Assembly (NCBI GenBank): GCA_965153285.1
Contig: OZ229114.1
Reading direction: 5' to 3' (one strand)
DNA: 64,000 nucleotides
DNA from: Podarcis tiliguerta
Taxonomy: Eukaryota
Shown: positions 41,115 to 55,310 of the stretch, in pieces
Layout: each line of letters opens with the position of its first letter
How positions within the stretch are numbered: position 1 is the first letter of the stretch
Translations under genes and position numbers: made by a program
The notes under the pieces: generated by a model
What the model saw: only the letters and a program-made list of their open reading frames with translations
Database searches by the model: none
Told to the model about the DNA's origin: nothing

Positions 41115-44100
41115 GTGAGGGGCGCGGCCGCCGGGGATGCCGCCCAGAAGGGCTGAGGGGAAGCGGTGCCTGGGCTGGGAGCCACTGTGCGGAGGCTGCT
41201 GGGGTGGGTGGGCTACGGGGGCTTTGGGTTGCAGGGCGGAGGAGAGCGCCCACAAGGGCTGCGTGGCGAAGGGTGGTAGCGGGGGGCTGCCTGCAGCGGG
41301 TGCACAAGAGCCAGCTGGGCCCCGCGACCGTGGGTGCCATGCACCGTGCATGACCCCGGCCCCTTCCTGGGGAATTTTGTGGGTGCTGCTCGGGCACCCA
41401 GGGCCCTAGGGAGTTTGGTACCTATGATCGGGTGGCCGGAGTAGCCGGAGTGGCACTAGGGCATGGGCGTGGCTTCGCCGGGCGGCTTGGCGTGACTTCA
41501 GCATCCTGCAAGGACCCGAATTCAGGGGCGAAGCTGTGTGAGAGTTGTGGGGTTTTGTTTCGTTTGTTTGGCGATTGTGATTTTGCACCGTGGTGACTCG
41601 GGAGTGTTGAGGCTGCCTGAAAGGCATTTTGCCGCGGCTTGAAGAGCTGGAGCAGAGACATAATAGAGACACACTTCTCTCTTTGTAGCTGCCTTTCTGT
41701 TTTAATTGACTCATGCCAGGCTCCCGCTGCCCGGTAAGACGACCTGATGGTTACTGCCAAATTCTGCTGGTTTCCGAGTGGGTTGGGGTGTCCCTCTTCA
41801 CAGCTTGAGAAACTGTTACACACGCCTGGTTTGCTGCTGCAGAGCAGCTGGGATCGCTCTGCTCCAGCAATCTGTTGTAATTGTTTCCAGGGAAGCAACA
41901 GCCATCGCGCGGTCCCTTGGAGAGTAGGCGAACCTCATCTCCTCCTCTGTAGCCCTCCAGCCAGCGTTGGTCGTTAACAAGAAGATTCTTAAGTATATCT
42001 TGCCTTCCAAAGGTGAACAGATTAAAGTTGTATTTTCATGAGGATGACATTTTGCTTCAGTTATTTTGTTGGTTTGAGTGTCTTGGTAATTTGTGGTGAA
42101 AAGAGTAGTGATTATTTACATCTTGACATTTAATGCACCTTGAACCTCTTATAACTTCTTCTGTCTCCTGGACTTGTAACAGGTTAACTGCACTATTACA
42201 TGACTTCAAGTCTAAGGCTAGCCTCAAATCTGGGCTCAGATTGTAGTGATGCTAGTTTCCCTGCTGTTCTACTACAGCAGCAGTTTGGTAGGTGAGCACT
42301 ACCATGTATTGATTTGCTATCATTCACTGTAGACTTTGAAAATAAATTAACCATTCTTCATTTCCAGAACTAGGTGCTAGTCCATTGGGGCTAATGGGGC
42401 ACTGCCCCCTCTATCTGCCCTCAGCCAGACCCCACCTGCCTGCCTTCCTACTTACCACCTGTCCAGGGCCATCAGCTTCCTCCTCCCTGGTCTCAGTGTT
42501 GCCCCTGTAGTATTCAGCAGGGAGGAGGATGGGGACAAAACTAAAATTAGTTGACTCTAGATTCCACCTATCTGCCCCTGCTAGGGTAGGGTGTTTCTAT
42601 TTGGAGAAGTCTGGGTTCTAGCGCTGCAGCATCTCCCTTTTCATCTAAAATCAAACGTAAGTTTTACTCAATGAAATTAACCGAAAGACCCAATGAAATT
42701 AATGAACATGACTAAGTTGAGTCTATTAACTTCAATGTACCAACTCTGAGTAAACCCAAGTTGAATACCACCCCTATTTGCTGTCTCCCAAAAGGTAGGC
42801 ATCATCTTAGGTGGCTGCATTTCTGTCTTCCAGTAATACAAATTACACACGTTTCCCGTTTCTCATTGCTTTCCTCTTTCCCACAGAGCTTCCAGGCAGC
42901 TCATGTCATTGCCTGCTGTGAGCTCATTGATGTAGTGTACATCCTTCCTTGCTCAAGGGGCTCCTTTCTCTTTCGCTTGCCAGTTGTATATTCCAATTAC
43001 AAAGATGCTGATATACAGCTGTTTTGTCCATTGTTCTGAATGTTGTCTGTGTGGAGTCCTCAGAGTTATGATTCGGTTGAAATTGATAGGCAACACTTTT
43101 GATTTAAGACTAGCTCTATACAATATGGAATTCATTGCCACAGGATTCTGTAATGCCCACTAGCTTGCAAGCCTCTAAAGAAATAAAAAGAAAGAAAGAA
43201 AGAAAGGTTCTGTCTGTTTGGGTTTACAATGTATGATAGCCAGAAGCACATCCTCCAATGTTTCAAAATTTCACGTCTTACTGAAGGAGGAGGAGTATAG
43301 TTCGGGAATTCTAATCGATCCAGCTCTGTCTCTGGAGGTGCAGGTGTCTGCAAGTCAGTAGTGCCATTCCTGTACCAGGATACTTAGACCACAGTTGTCC
43401 ATGCATTGGTAAATGTCACAGCTAGATTACTGCAATGCAGTCTATGTGGGGCTACCCTTGGGGTTGCTTCAGAGGCTGCAGCTGAGGCAGAATGAGACTG
43501 CTTGATTGCTGGGGCAAACTACCACCTCCATATAACTCCCTACTTGTGCAATTTGCTTTGGATGCCAGTCTGCTATTGAATCAAGTTCAAGATATTGCTT
43601 CTGATGTCCAAGGCCCTATGTGGCTCAAGACCAGGTTACTTGAGCAACCACCTCATCCCTTACACACCCAGTAGGTTGCTGTGGTCGGTGGAAGGTCTTC
43701 TGTAAGTTCCAAAGATTTCAGAAGCATGCTGCGCCGTAACTCAGATCAGGGCTTTTAGTGCTTTGAGATTGTTGTTTAGATGAAGATTAATAAATCAGTG
43801 ATGATGATAATAATAACAATGTCATTTTATATCTTTCTTACTTTATTTCATAAAAATTATTCACCACTTGATTGCAAAAAACACCCTCAAGGCAGTTTAG
43901 AACAACATGGTAATGATTTTAGTATTCAGCCCCTCCCCTTCCCTTGATCTGCCCTTGAAAGCTCCTTACATTTTTCTAAATGTAACTTGTCTTCCTGGAC
44001 AGAGCCAAGTGTAGATGGATTTGAACAGTAAACTTTCCTTCTGGCTATCCTTGCTTAGCCTGGTACAAAGGTTTCTGCCCTTGCCAAGCCATGGAGAGTT

Positions 44101-45199
44101 CTAGGCGAGTGTTTGGAATACTAAGCAGGGAATTCAACATGTAGGTTCTGCTAGTTGCTTTAAGATCTGTCAAACAGTAAATAAATGGGGGAGATGACAT
44201 ACATTAAAATACCCACCATCCATCCACATGTAGTAAACATGTAGTACAAAGGGGCCTGGGCACTTTGCAGTTCTACTAGCCTCTTGCTGATAGTAGGAGG
44301 GGGGAGATAGCAGCGTTTAATGCTGAAAACTGCCTGAATAAGCCTCTGAGATAGGAAGCACCAGGCTGGGTCCCCATCTGGGCTCCACACATGAATGTTT
44401 CATGGAGGTAGAGCCCTTTGTGCTGGAGCTGCATTTGAGTCTAGTCTGGTGAAAAAAACCCAAGAAGAAATAGCAACGTGAGCCATAAGGCTTGAATTTC
44501 CTGTGGAAAGAATGGATACGTTTGTCTGGTGGAGGCAGGAAATTGCTCTGTGTGGCACTGATGCGGAGAAATAGGGCAGGAGTCTGCAAAACACATATAT
44601 GCCAGGTCAGCTCCGGGAGCTGAGCTCCTGTGGCTTAAGCCTCGTGTGTCCTTCCCTACTAAGGTAGGATACCCTATTTTGGGGAGACCATGCGTTTGAG
44701 AGTTTTGCTCCTGCATACTGAGTGTGTTGAGTAGTAGTTAGAGTATCAGACAAGGACTAGGAATACCTAAATTCCAATCTTGGCTCAGCCCATGAAACTC
44801 ATTGGGCGACTTCAGCCCATTCATTTCTCTCTCTTTCTCTCTGTTTAACCTACCTTACAGGATTGTTGTGAGTATTCGGGGGGGGGGGGGGCAGGAGACA
44901 TGCTGTCCCAAGTCCCTTTCAGGAAAGGCAGGATAAAAACTTAAAGAGTTCCTTACTGGATTGGGGATAACAAAAGGGAATTATATTACCTTGTGATAAA
45001 TATGCCAGTACAGTATAGACTGTTCAGAGTTCATACTGGTGGCCAAGGAAGGAGAGTCCACAACCTCCCTAGGGAGACCATTCCACTGTCAAACAGCTCT
45101 TACTGTCAGAAGGTTTTTCACATGCATGTTGCTGATACTGCATGGATCCAAAACTGGTGGATTTGGCTTTCCTGTCTCCTCAGCTTGCTGTAGTTCTGA

Positions 45200-45364
<165 letters not shown>

Positions 45365-46077
45365 TGAGGCTGGCCAAGTGCAGAGTGGGGTCCCCTCATT
45401 GAGCCAAGTACAGGGGACGGGGTCTGTTCTTGGCGGGCTGCATATAACTTCCTCTCTAGGGGCCAAACTACACATTACAGTACCTATGTGGCTGTGCCTT
45501 TAAGTGCAGGGGGCTTTAGCTGGACTGGGACCGCAGCATGTGGGGAAGGAACTACAGCTCCTTATATCCTGTTGTGGTCCCAACCTCCTCACCCAGGTAG
45601 AGCTCTCTGCTCTGGTCCCACAAGTGCTCCCATCAAGATATGGAGAGAACAAGGAACCTCTTCTTGGCCACTGTATCCCATTGGCTGGCAGTTGTTTATG
45701 TGTGGTGGTGGATGGCAAAAGTTGTTATTTGGGAACATGCATGTGATATATTGGAGACTCTGAGATCCTTCACTGGCTGCACAATCAAACTTAGCAACCT
45801 TGAGGTCCACAAAGCCCTTTAGGAAAGGTATTGTGTCTGCACTGTGAGTCTCTGTATGAATGCATACTAAGCTCCAGCATGCCTTGTGGATGGTAGAAGG
45901 AACAAGCAACAGCAGGGGTCTGTTACATTCTTTCTCTGTAAGACATATTAGCCAGCATGACCTCTACCACTGCCCACATCCTATTCCTTTTCTCCCTTTT
46001 TTGAAATTAAAAGTGCCACCATAGATTTCATTGATTTGTTGCTTAATGGGCACCATGGTTCCCTTTTTGACAACTGA

Positions 46078-46257
<180 letters not shown>

Positions 46258-46647
46258 TAGGCTTGCATTTGGTGCATGTGCATGACCTAAGCAGCCCCAA
46301 GAAAATAAGAGTAAAAGAGTGCTTTGTGGAGCAGGCTGCTCTGCTGTGTTGTTGGACTTGGAAGAATGTCTATGCCTTGCTATGCCTAGCATGAAGACCT
46401 TTTTGTATGTGTGCATGCCTCTGTGATTCAGAACCATAAGCAAGCACTTCTTTGTCTTGGCTGTTACACCATCCTCATCCTAGGTTCTCTGTAGTCACTG
46501 CGATTACTACAGACTCATGTTTAAAGAGCTCCTTAGTGATGCCTCTTTGGCTCTTTGCCTTCTGTCCAGAAGACTGTGTTCCTCCTGGTGTTTTCAGTTT
46601 CTGGCTGTATGCCATAGTACGCTATCCTTACACAATCCTATTATTGA

Positions 46648-46815
<168 letters not shown>

Positions 46816-47000
46816 TAGGGCTAAATCTATTTTGGAAGGACGGCTGCAGTGTGGGATGGGGAGAAGTGAGAACTGAGTGAACACTATCCTCCAAAGCAAA
46901 ATATAGGCTGACATATACCCCAGTGCCTCGTCTTGATTCACAGCTCTGCATTCTCCGCTCTCCTGAGCTGAAGTCTTGCAAGTCTGATCCTCCACCTTGA

Positions 47001-47186
<186 letters not shown>

Positions 47187-50100
47187 TGGGTGCAAGCTCT
47201 AAAGCACCCTACCCCGGGACTCTCCCATGAAACTGCAGCTCAGCCTGGGGGTTGGCAGGAGTGTGGAGTGCAGGAGTCACAGAGACAGACACCATCTCTA
47301 GGAGGTAGATGATCCCAAATCAGCCCTGATCAGGTGGGCAGCCTACCTGAGTCACTTCCTTAAAACAGCCTGGCCCCCATAGTGTAATCCGGTGCCAAAC
47401 CTCAACTTATAGAGCCACTGTCCCCTGCCAAACAGAGAGTCTGTCACTCCTGAGGCTGTCGCATTCCTTTGTCAAGAGCATTCTCCATAGGACAGTCTTC
47501 TAGTGCCCCATTTGTGGTGAGAACAGCGGGGGGAGGGGGTGCTCCCACCACCACCTTAAAGGCACAAGGACTGACTAATGCTTAGACATCATTTTACCTT
47601 TTTCTTAGCTTGAGACTAGTGCAACTGAGAGTTCATGAGATTAGATGGGTTGGTCTTCAGTGTTCAAGGGAGAAGTTGGAACTTGCATTTAGCACAGCTT
47701 CCTGTCGCCCTCCACAGCCCTAAACCTCTGGTTCTCTCTCATGTCGCTTCAATGGGGTTCTTCGTTCCTTTTATTTATTTATTTATTTTTAATGCAAAAA
47801 TGGAAAATTTATATACTGCAGAATTCTAGACCTTCTGAATGTGCCTTTCCCCGATGTTGTACATCAGCCCAAAGAAGGAGACCTGAGCTGCAATGCCTGC
47901 CATCCTTTAGGCCCTAGAGTATATCTGGCACACACTGCCACTGCTTTCTGCCACTGCTTTCTGATGCTTTATCCAGTTCACTTGGGCCATTCTCACTGTG
48001 AGTATTTGGGTTGCCTCTTGGGTGAAAGTCAGCTTTTCTCCCTTATATAAGGTCTGTGCTCCTTGACCCGGAGGGAGAGATCTTCCAGAGCTGTTGCATG
48101 GCATCCATGCACCATAGTGCCATAGACACAGGGCTGCGTGTATTCTGCCCTTCAAAATGACAATTCTGTACAAAGAAAAGCTGGATTCTGCAACATGTAT
48201 AAATTACGCAGAAACAATTGGCATATAATTATTTATTTTGCATGATTTCTGCTTTTGCTAGTAATAGGAAAAGGCAAAAGTGCTTTGGAGAGCACCAATG
48301 CCGTATCTCTTGAACACTTTTGCACCCCCTAACTCTCTCTTCCAGTTTCTATCAGGCATTGCCTGAATGCTTTTAAGCCTATCTTTTGCTGCCTTAATGG
48401 CTAGAAATTTGCTTTAAAATATACAACCGAGTCTCATGATGCTGACTGCTGTGTCCAATATTGTTGAATGCAGTCACAGAGAAATGACATACACACAGCC
48501 CTGTAGATACCCAAAAGAAGTGGTGTCCATCCCCATTTTGTCCTCTAGGTCCAAAGAGGTGGTTGCACTGAGATCTGGTAATGCTGTGTAGCTCTTTAGG
48601 AGCATTTTGGTAGGGGAAGTAAGTGAGCACTGGAGCCTTCAAAAACTAGAGAGTGCGCAGGGCATCCCTAATACTTTTGCATGCTAAGCTGGGGCAATGA
48701 CATGGAAGAAAAGAAACAGCTCCTGGGAGGGTCCTCGCAGGCTGAATGGAAATATAGGGCTGGGCTAGCAGAAGGGGAAAGCTAGCTGTGGGATATCAGC
48801 CTGTGAAATTATGGGCTGGGGGGTTGAGTTGGGACTGAGTGGCCTTTGAAGAGCGACTTAGTTTCTACCCAGCCACTTTGTGTTTCTGTGCACTGAAAGT
48901 AAACATGAGATTGTTTTGAGATTGGGGGGTGTTCTTAGCCAAGCATTGACCTGCATGGTGTGTGTCCCTAAGTGCCATGCTGGAGCCTCTTGTTACCAGC
49001 CCACCTCCACACTGAATGTCTGCGTGTCAATGCCACCCTCGTGCCTTTTGTGTCTCTGCCCATGTAAGGGCCTTGGCCAAATAAAGAGTTGCTGAATCTC
49101 TGCTGCCTCCATGTCTTTTTTCCCCTATTGGAAGGATGTAATGTATCAGCAAGGATGGGCTGTGTGCATGCTGTAATAGCCTTTCTAATCATCTTTATGT
49201 GGGGAATACAGCAGCATGCACACTCAGCTCTATATGCTGCTTTTGTTTTGTGCAGACAATCCATGCTTCCCTCCTTTGTTTCAATGCACAGCTCTGGCCT
49301 GAAATTGTGCTGGTTTCACCATCTATTCAGTCACTCTATTTCCCCTTTGCAAGCAGAGTGTACCATTACTGAGATAGTAAACGGGGCAAAGCATTTTTAC
49401 CTGGAAAACATACTTTTCTAAAGATTAATTCCACCCCATGCTATCTTTGTCACTGAGGGCAAGAGACTCAGCCCCAGGAAGCAGTATCTTGCAAATAAAG
49501 CATCTTCTCTGTTAAAAGGTGCTTCCTAGTTGGTGAGCTAACACCAGTCAGTACCATGAATCTATGGATCAAACAAATATGGCTCCACCCTCTTTCATTC
49601 TTACACACCTTGTGAATTTGCAGCTGGTCAACACCTACTGACTTATGGAAGTAGGCCATGTAGTCATGCAGCAAACTCCTTTGACATCACCTTGGAAGAT
49701 TGTACTGATGGGGACTAGGCAGACGAGGCACCTATTTCCTTCCAGATATTGTTGGACTGCAACTCTGTCCATTGGCAGGCCATGGTAGTTTTAATTTTGC
49801 TGGCTCCAGCTGTTACCCAGACCCCCCCTTGGAAAAGCAAAGGACATGGGGGTCTTTTTTCTTTCTCGTCAGCTGGGGGAGCAGGGGGAAGGAAGTCAAC
49901 CTGAAAGGATAGTGCCTCGGGCACTCAAATGTTAAATGGGCCCCCAATGGTCAATTTGATACAATAGATAAGTACCCCAGCTAAGGACAAATTTGGCGAT
50001 TCCGAGCAGAAAGGGTTAGAACCTCTATGAGAAAAGGAATTCAGAGCTGCTGCCATGAAAAGTGCTTACTTGCCCATTTGAAAACCTTTCCGGCATCTTC

Positions 50101-50273
50101 ATTATGCTGTTTCACTTGTGATAATACTTTGGTTTTCAAACATGCCAATGAACAGTGCAAGTTGAATAAGCTGTATTTTAGTATGCTGCAGGATATGAAA
50201 TTTGAGGCTTAACTGGCAAGATGCCTGCTACCCATTTCAAGGTTCCGACCATTGCCTGGAACAGCTTCATCTT

Positions 50274-50423
50274 TCAGAGCCATCCGTTGGAGCTGAAATC
50301 CTGGCGCAGCTCCCTCACTTGTGCCTCACTTAGGGGGAGCAAGGGAGAGCGACAGAAGCCCCCATTTAAACCAAACCATTCCATGGCCTGTTTCAGGCCT
50401 GGGACTCCAAACTTGCTTGTTAC
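50274..50423 (-). CDS. HOGA1: HOGA1 exon 7 ([18 protein letters not shown]...SNGWL*)
   Basis: 150 nt; summed CDS 1029 nt. Confidence 0.95.
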   Translation of the reverse strand, partial: VTSKFGVPGLKQAMEWFGLNGGFCRSPLLPLSEAQVRELRQDFSSNGWL

Positions 50424-51505
50424 CTGTGGAAAGAGAAACAGTGTGGGGCACTCAGAACTGCTCTGTGGCCAACAGTGTGGCAGAGGTGTACGTGAACCCC
50501 CTTTTCCTACAAGCATCACTCAGCTCTAGGCCTGCAGAAACTGAAGAATTGCACCATCAAGGACTTGTCTGTGGTCACAGAATGTCCAGAACATTAGACA
50601 TGGGCAAGTGTTATGACCCAGGAATTCCTGTTTGACACTTAATCAATTCAGGCAAGGAGGTAATGGTGCAGATCATACTAAGCGTGAACGTTTGAAGTCA
50701 ACAGTGTATGTGCATTTGAAGAAGTGGTAGGTTAATTCTTAGACTACATGAGGTCTAATAAAGTACTACTAGTACAAGGATATACGGTAAGCTTACAACT
50801 TGCGCTCGCTTATGCGATTACAATCTTACATGGGGGGGGGATAAATTAATACATGGAGAACTGGGGAAACTCTTCTCTGCTCTTCATTTATTTATTTATT
50901 TTTCCCACCCATGCACCCAGCAGGTTTTCTTTGCTTATCAAGCTTTGGGAGGAAGGTGCGAGGGCTCCAGAGGATTAGTGTAGAATTACAAGCCCCAGAT
51001 ATGTTTCTGAAATTATTAAATGGAGCCGAAAAGAAACTGCCAAAAAATAAAATAAAAATTCACAGTTGCATATCATGCTTTTGCAAAATCCAGAAGATTG
51101 TAGTGTGAATAAGTCACAGGTTTTGCCAAGAAAAATCCAAAGCATGGCTGACGTTCCCAAAATTGTCACAGAAATAAAAATGGAATGCTGAGATGGCTCA
51201 GAACACTGACGCTCACGCAGAATAGGACAGGGCAAAGTGGGAGAAATGTAAGACTAAAGGGCAAGCAATAAAACACAATTGCTTGGTCATACGGCTGATC
51301 AAGTTTGCAAAGGATGGGGAAGGATAGGACTTGACCCACAGCCTGTGTTCCAGACCATGAGCAACAACTGTATGTTGTTCTGTTGGGAGCTCCACCAAAG
51401 CATTACCTCTTTTCCAGTTGGGCCTTTTCCTCCCTATACATTCCCAAGGAAGTGGGGTGTTCCCACTTCTTACTTCCCACTTCCCTCCCGTTTTCTGCCT
51501 CTTAC

Positions 51506-51639
51506 CGCAATGTTAGGCTCAATGAGTCGGTGCTGCAGTGCACGGGCCTCATCCCAGCTTCCAGCACAGCACAGTTGCTCAAGCTGACAGACTGGAGAGC
51601 CAAGCACGTTGGCAAGGGCACAAATCCCTCCAGCAGCAC
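51506..51639 (-). CDS. HOGA1: HOGA1 exon 6 ([13 protein letters not shown]...RLIEPNIA)
   Basis: Within ORF 51470..51682; 134 nt. Confidence 0.95.
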
Positions 51640-52013
51640 CTGGAGCAAGGAGCATAGTTCCATCAAAAAAAGAATAGAGCACCTAGGCAGTGAAACAGGC
51701 ATTTTTGCATGATACACCACTCCCCCAGCATGCTTTCGCTCTGCTCATGTCAAACTAGCAAAGCCTGGACCAAATGTTGGGCTTCCTGTAGCAGCTTCCA
51801 ACTTCTACAAGAAAGAAAGAAAAGGAAGGAAGGAAGATCGATCATACTCTGCTCAAGGGTAACCAAGTTGGAAAATGTTTTTTTAATCTCTTGACAAATG
51901 TTATAATGCACACCCTAGGCGACTTTGTAACCCTTCCCCATGTCCTGAAACAGCCAGCCAGCCACTCTCTCCAGGACTGCCCCATATGGACATCAGCTCC
52001 CAATATCACCTAC

Positions 52014-52110
52014 CTACAATGTAACTGGCCAGCAGAAAACCAGCTGATCCTGCCAGTACCTGGAAGTCCTCATGCTGGGTCCTGTGGACAAGCAGTCCGA
52101 GGCGGGTGAT
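52014..52110 (-). CDS. HOGA1: HOGA1 exon 5 ([32 protein letters not shown])
   Basis: Hand translation; 97 nt; AG/GT borders. Confidence 0.94.
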
Positions 52111-53062
52111 CTGGCAAGAGAGGGGATCGCTTGATAGGGGAGGACAGCAGTAGGCATCCATCAAAATGTGGGGGCAGCAGTTGACGCTGACAATGAAATC
52201 GCTGCTCTGCCATTGCTTTATTCATGTCCCCTTTAAGCTACCAGGCAGCTCCTGGTCTTTGAAAGAAGAGTGTCAGCCCCTACAGCAACTCCCCCCTTTT
52301 TGCTTCACTAATCTAATGCCCTACCTACAATGGGTGATCTCGACATCAAGCGGGGAGGGATGGATGGACTATGCTACTAAGCAAAGGGTGGTAGTCTAAG
52401 GTCATGTGGTGCTGTCATGTTAACGCACAGCCTGCCGAATTCCTGGGTAGACGAGAGGCCCACAAAAGTGGCGCTGAACTTGTGGGAAACAGAGATAGTG
52501 TAATACCAAAAGGAGGTGAAATACACTGGTAGAATCACCGCTGAAGGTCTGGGTTCGACAGAGATCACAGCCGCTTTCCAGTCACAAATCTCCTGATGGA
52601 TTTGTTGGGATAAGCAAATGGAGCTATTTTATTACTGCTGATTCCTTAGCTCCACTGGCAGGATGGACCAGAGTTTGAAAGTGTCTGCGTGTGAGTGTTT
52701 AAGCGTTTAGGGTTATTAAAGAGAGCACAAAACCTTTGCATCAGTTTGGAGGGGATCCAAATTTTTGGGGTTACACATTAACGAAGCTAATGAAAAGTAA
52801 GAGTGTGAGGAAAATGCCACCTGGCCGTGTTCTGACGTCGAAAACAGCCTTAAGCTGTGGGAAATGATTACTTCAAAGTTAATCTTTCAGTACTCTAGGA
52901 GGAGGGGGCCTGCTGGCAGGTCCACAAATCCCCCTGTGAGCCATTAGCTTGCTTAAGAGGGCCAATACTGACAGGCCCTCCAACTCAGATTCTTGCCAGC
53001 ACCCCAAGATGAAATCGCAACCCACTTTGTCTCAGCACCCGGCCTTCCCCCCCTTCACTCAC

Positions 53063-53197
53063 ATTGCCACCACTGTCCTTGATCCCCACAATGTTGGGGT
53101 GCTGTGCTAGGCTGAGCACCACATCGGTGGGCAGCTCCAGATTCGTATTGGCCGGGACGCTGTAGAGTATCACAGGGATTGGAGATGCTTCAGCTAC
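53063..53197 (-). CDS. HOGA1: HOGA1 exon 4 ([18 protein letters not shown]...GIKDSGGN)
   Basis: Catalytic Tyr and Schiff-base Lys (KDS); 135 nt. Confidence 0.96.
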
Positions 53198-54533
53198 CTG
53201 AGGACACAAAATAGCATGATCGTGGCACATGGGGAAACCCACATGCAGACCGCGAGAAGCCTCCACACAGCAGGTTACCCTTCAAAGACTAGTTCACATG
53301 CTTCCTTTCACACAGTAAAATCCATGTCAACCCCAGTCATCCCTTTGCTGTGGTAGATCTTGTATAGATACACTTACTGTGTGTGCTGTTACGCTTACTA
53401 GCCAATGTTTTCACTGGGACTGGACAGGTCTGGGTTTTTTAAATTCTCAGTGTGAACCAATACAACAAACCTGTGGCCATGCAGATGATGCAGGACTACA
53501 ACTCCCATCATCCCTGACCCTTGGGCCATGCTGGCTGGGGATGATGGGAGTTGTAGTGGCGACATAGGTTTCATCATCCCTACAACAAAATGCGAATTTT
53601 TCTGGACTATCTTTCTCCACTCTTCCAACACAGCAATGTTCAACAAGACTTGCAGCCCTAATATGGCAGCCAATGGCTCCCAGGCAGTCCTAAGCGTCTG
53701 CCAGCATCTTTTGACTTGGGGAACCATTTAACTCTTTTCAGCACCTGCTAAAAACATTCTTGTTTAGACAAGTCTACCCAGGTGCTTAGAAAGGTGAGGT
53801 AATTTTAATCTGCTTTAGTATTTTAACTCTTGTATGTTTTAAAGCATAGCTGTAAACCTTTCCTTTTTTTAAAAAAAAAAAACTTTTTGGAAACCGATTT
53901 TTTTGTTTTTTACAATCAAGTGGTGTATAATTTTTTATGAAATAAATAAATAACTTCTCATACACAAGCTAAATAACTAGTACTCAAAGGTCAGTCTCAT
54001 TCCAAGGAAGAACATCGTGATAACGAAAGGGAACAGGACCTGGAAGAAGCAAGTCAAGTGTTTATTCATTCTGATTTATGGGTACACTGCTCAGTTGCTG
54101 TGGTAATATAGCACATGTTTCATACTACACCGAACCCTGCAAATGAATCATCACTGATCTGAATTAGACACAATAATTATTTAATATACAGATCTTTGTT
54201 CTAAAATTCAAGGTAGCTAGAGACCAAATGCTCTCTCTTTTCAAACCCACATCTTTTACTTTCTCAAATAAGCTTTTTATTTTCTGAATAAATACTTTTT
54301 AACCCAGGCAAACACTGGTGCCTGCAATAAAAACCCTAAGCACCTTAGGGAGAAGTTGCACTTGAATTCAGAATTCAAGGTATTTATTTTAATTGCATTT
54401 CTATTGAAAATCCACTCATGCCTGCAACATCAACCAACCTGTAATACAAGCTACCACCATCTTGGTACCATCTCAGCCTTCCCCCCAGTCCCTGCGGCTC
54501 TGACCAGGGAGATGCCTGCGCCCCATCCTTCAC

Positions 54534-54661
54534 CTGTTTGTAATGATGAATCAAGGCTGCACTGGTCATGCTTCCCCGGAAGTAGCAAGGCGTCACCACG
54601 AGGGCAGCGTCTGCGCCCTTATCAGCCATTTGTGCTGTCATCTCAATGGTGCCCCGAGTTG
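54534..54661 (-). CDS. HOGA1: HOGA1 exon 3 (TRGTIEMT...VVTPCYF...HHYKQ)
   Basis: Within ORF 54384..54812; 128 nt; AG/GT borders. Confidence 0.95.
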
Positions 54662-54895
54662 CTAAAGGAAGGAGGACAAAGAGGATAAATGGACAAAAAT
54701 AATAAATGGGTTTTAAGAGGCCTGTGGGACCAAAGGATGGGCTCAGTGAGATTAAGAGGCTCCGAGAACCAGAGATGGAAGCAGGGGGTAGAAAGTGCCT
54801 ATATAAGTTCATTGCTCAGATCTAGCATCTTAATTCAGGATGTTGTGCGGCTGGAGAATGGCATCCTCTGGCCCCATTCCCTGCATGCTGCTCAC

Positions 54896-55024
54896 ATTCA
54901 CATCCGGTCCCAGCCAGCAGGAGCTTATCCTTGGGCATAGCTTGGCGCACACGTCTCACCACTTCCAGGCGTTCTTGTTGAGTCAGGTAGGGAAATTCCC
55001 CATTGGAACCCTGCACCACAAAAC
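54896..55024 (-). CDS. HOGA1: HOGA1 exon 2 ([13 protein letters not shown]...LLAGTGCE)
   Basis: GSNGE substrate-binding motif; 129 nt. Confidence 0.96.
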
Positions 55025-55147
55025 CTGCAAAGAGAGAGAGAGAGTTGGCAGTGGGAACAGCCATTTTCATTTCAAGAGTTTATGTTCTGCTTTTAAACAG
55101 AAGGACCCCAAAGAAACAGAGAAACACCAACACCTAAAAACAGTAAA

Positions 55148-55149
<2 letters not shown>

Positions 55150-55186
<37 letters not shown>

Positions 55187-55278
55187 AGGTGCCAGAACTC
55201 ACCATGAACATCTCCCTTGTTCTCTTATAATGGCAATGGCACCCAACTGAGTTCTGGCAAGTTCTGGCTGAAAAAAAG

Positions 55279-55310
<32 letters not shown>
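55150..55310. repeat. (TG)n at 55150-55179 and (CT)n(GT)n at about 55278-55310
   Basis: Read directly. Confidence 0.9.
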
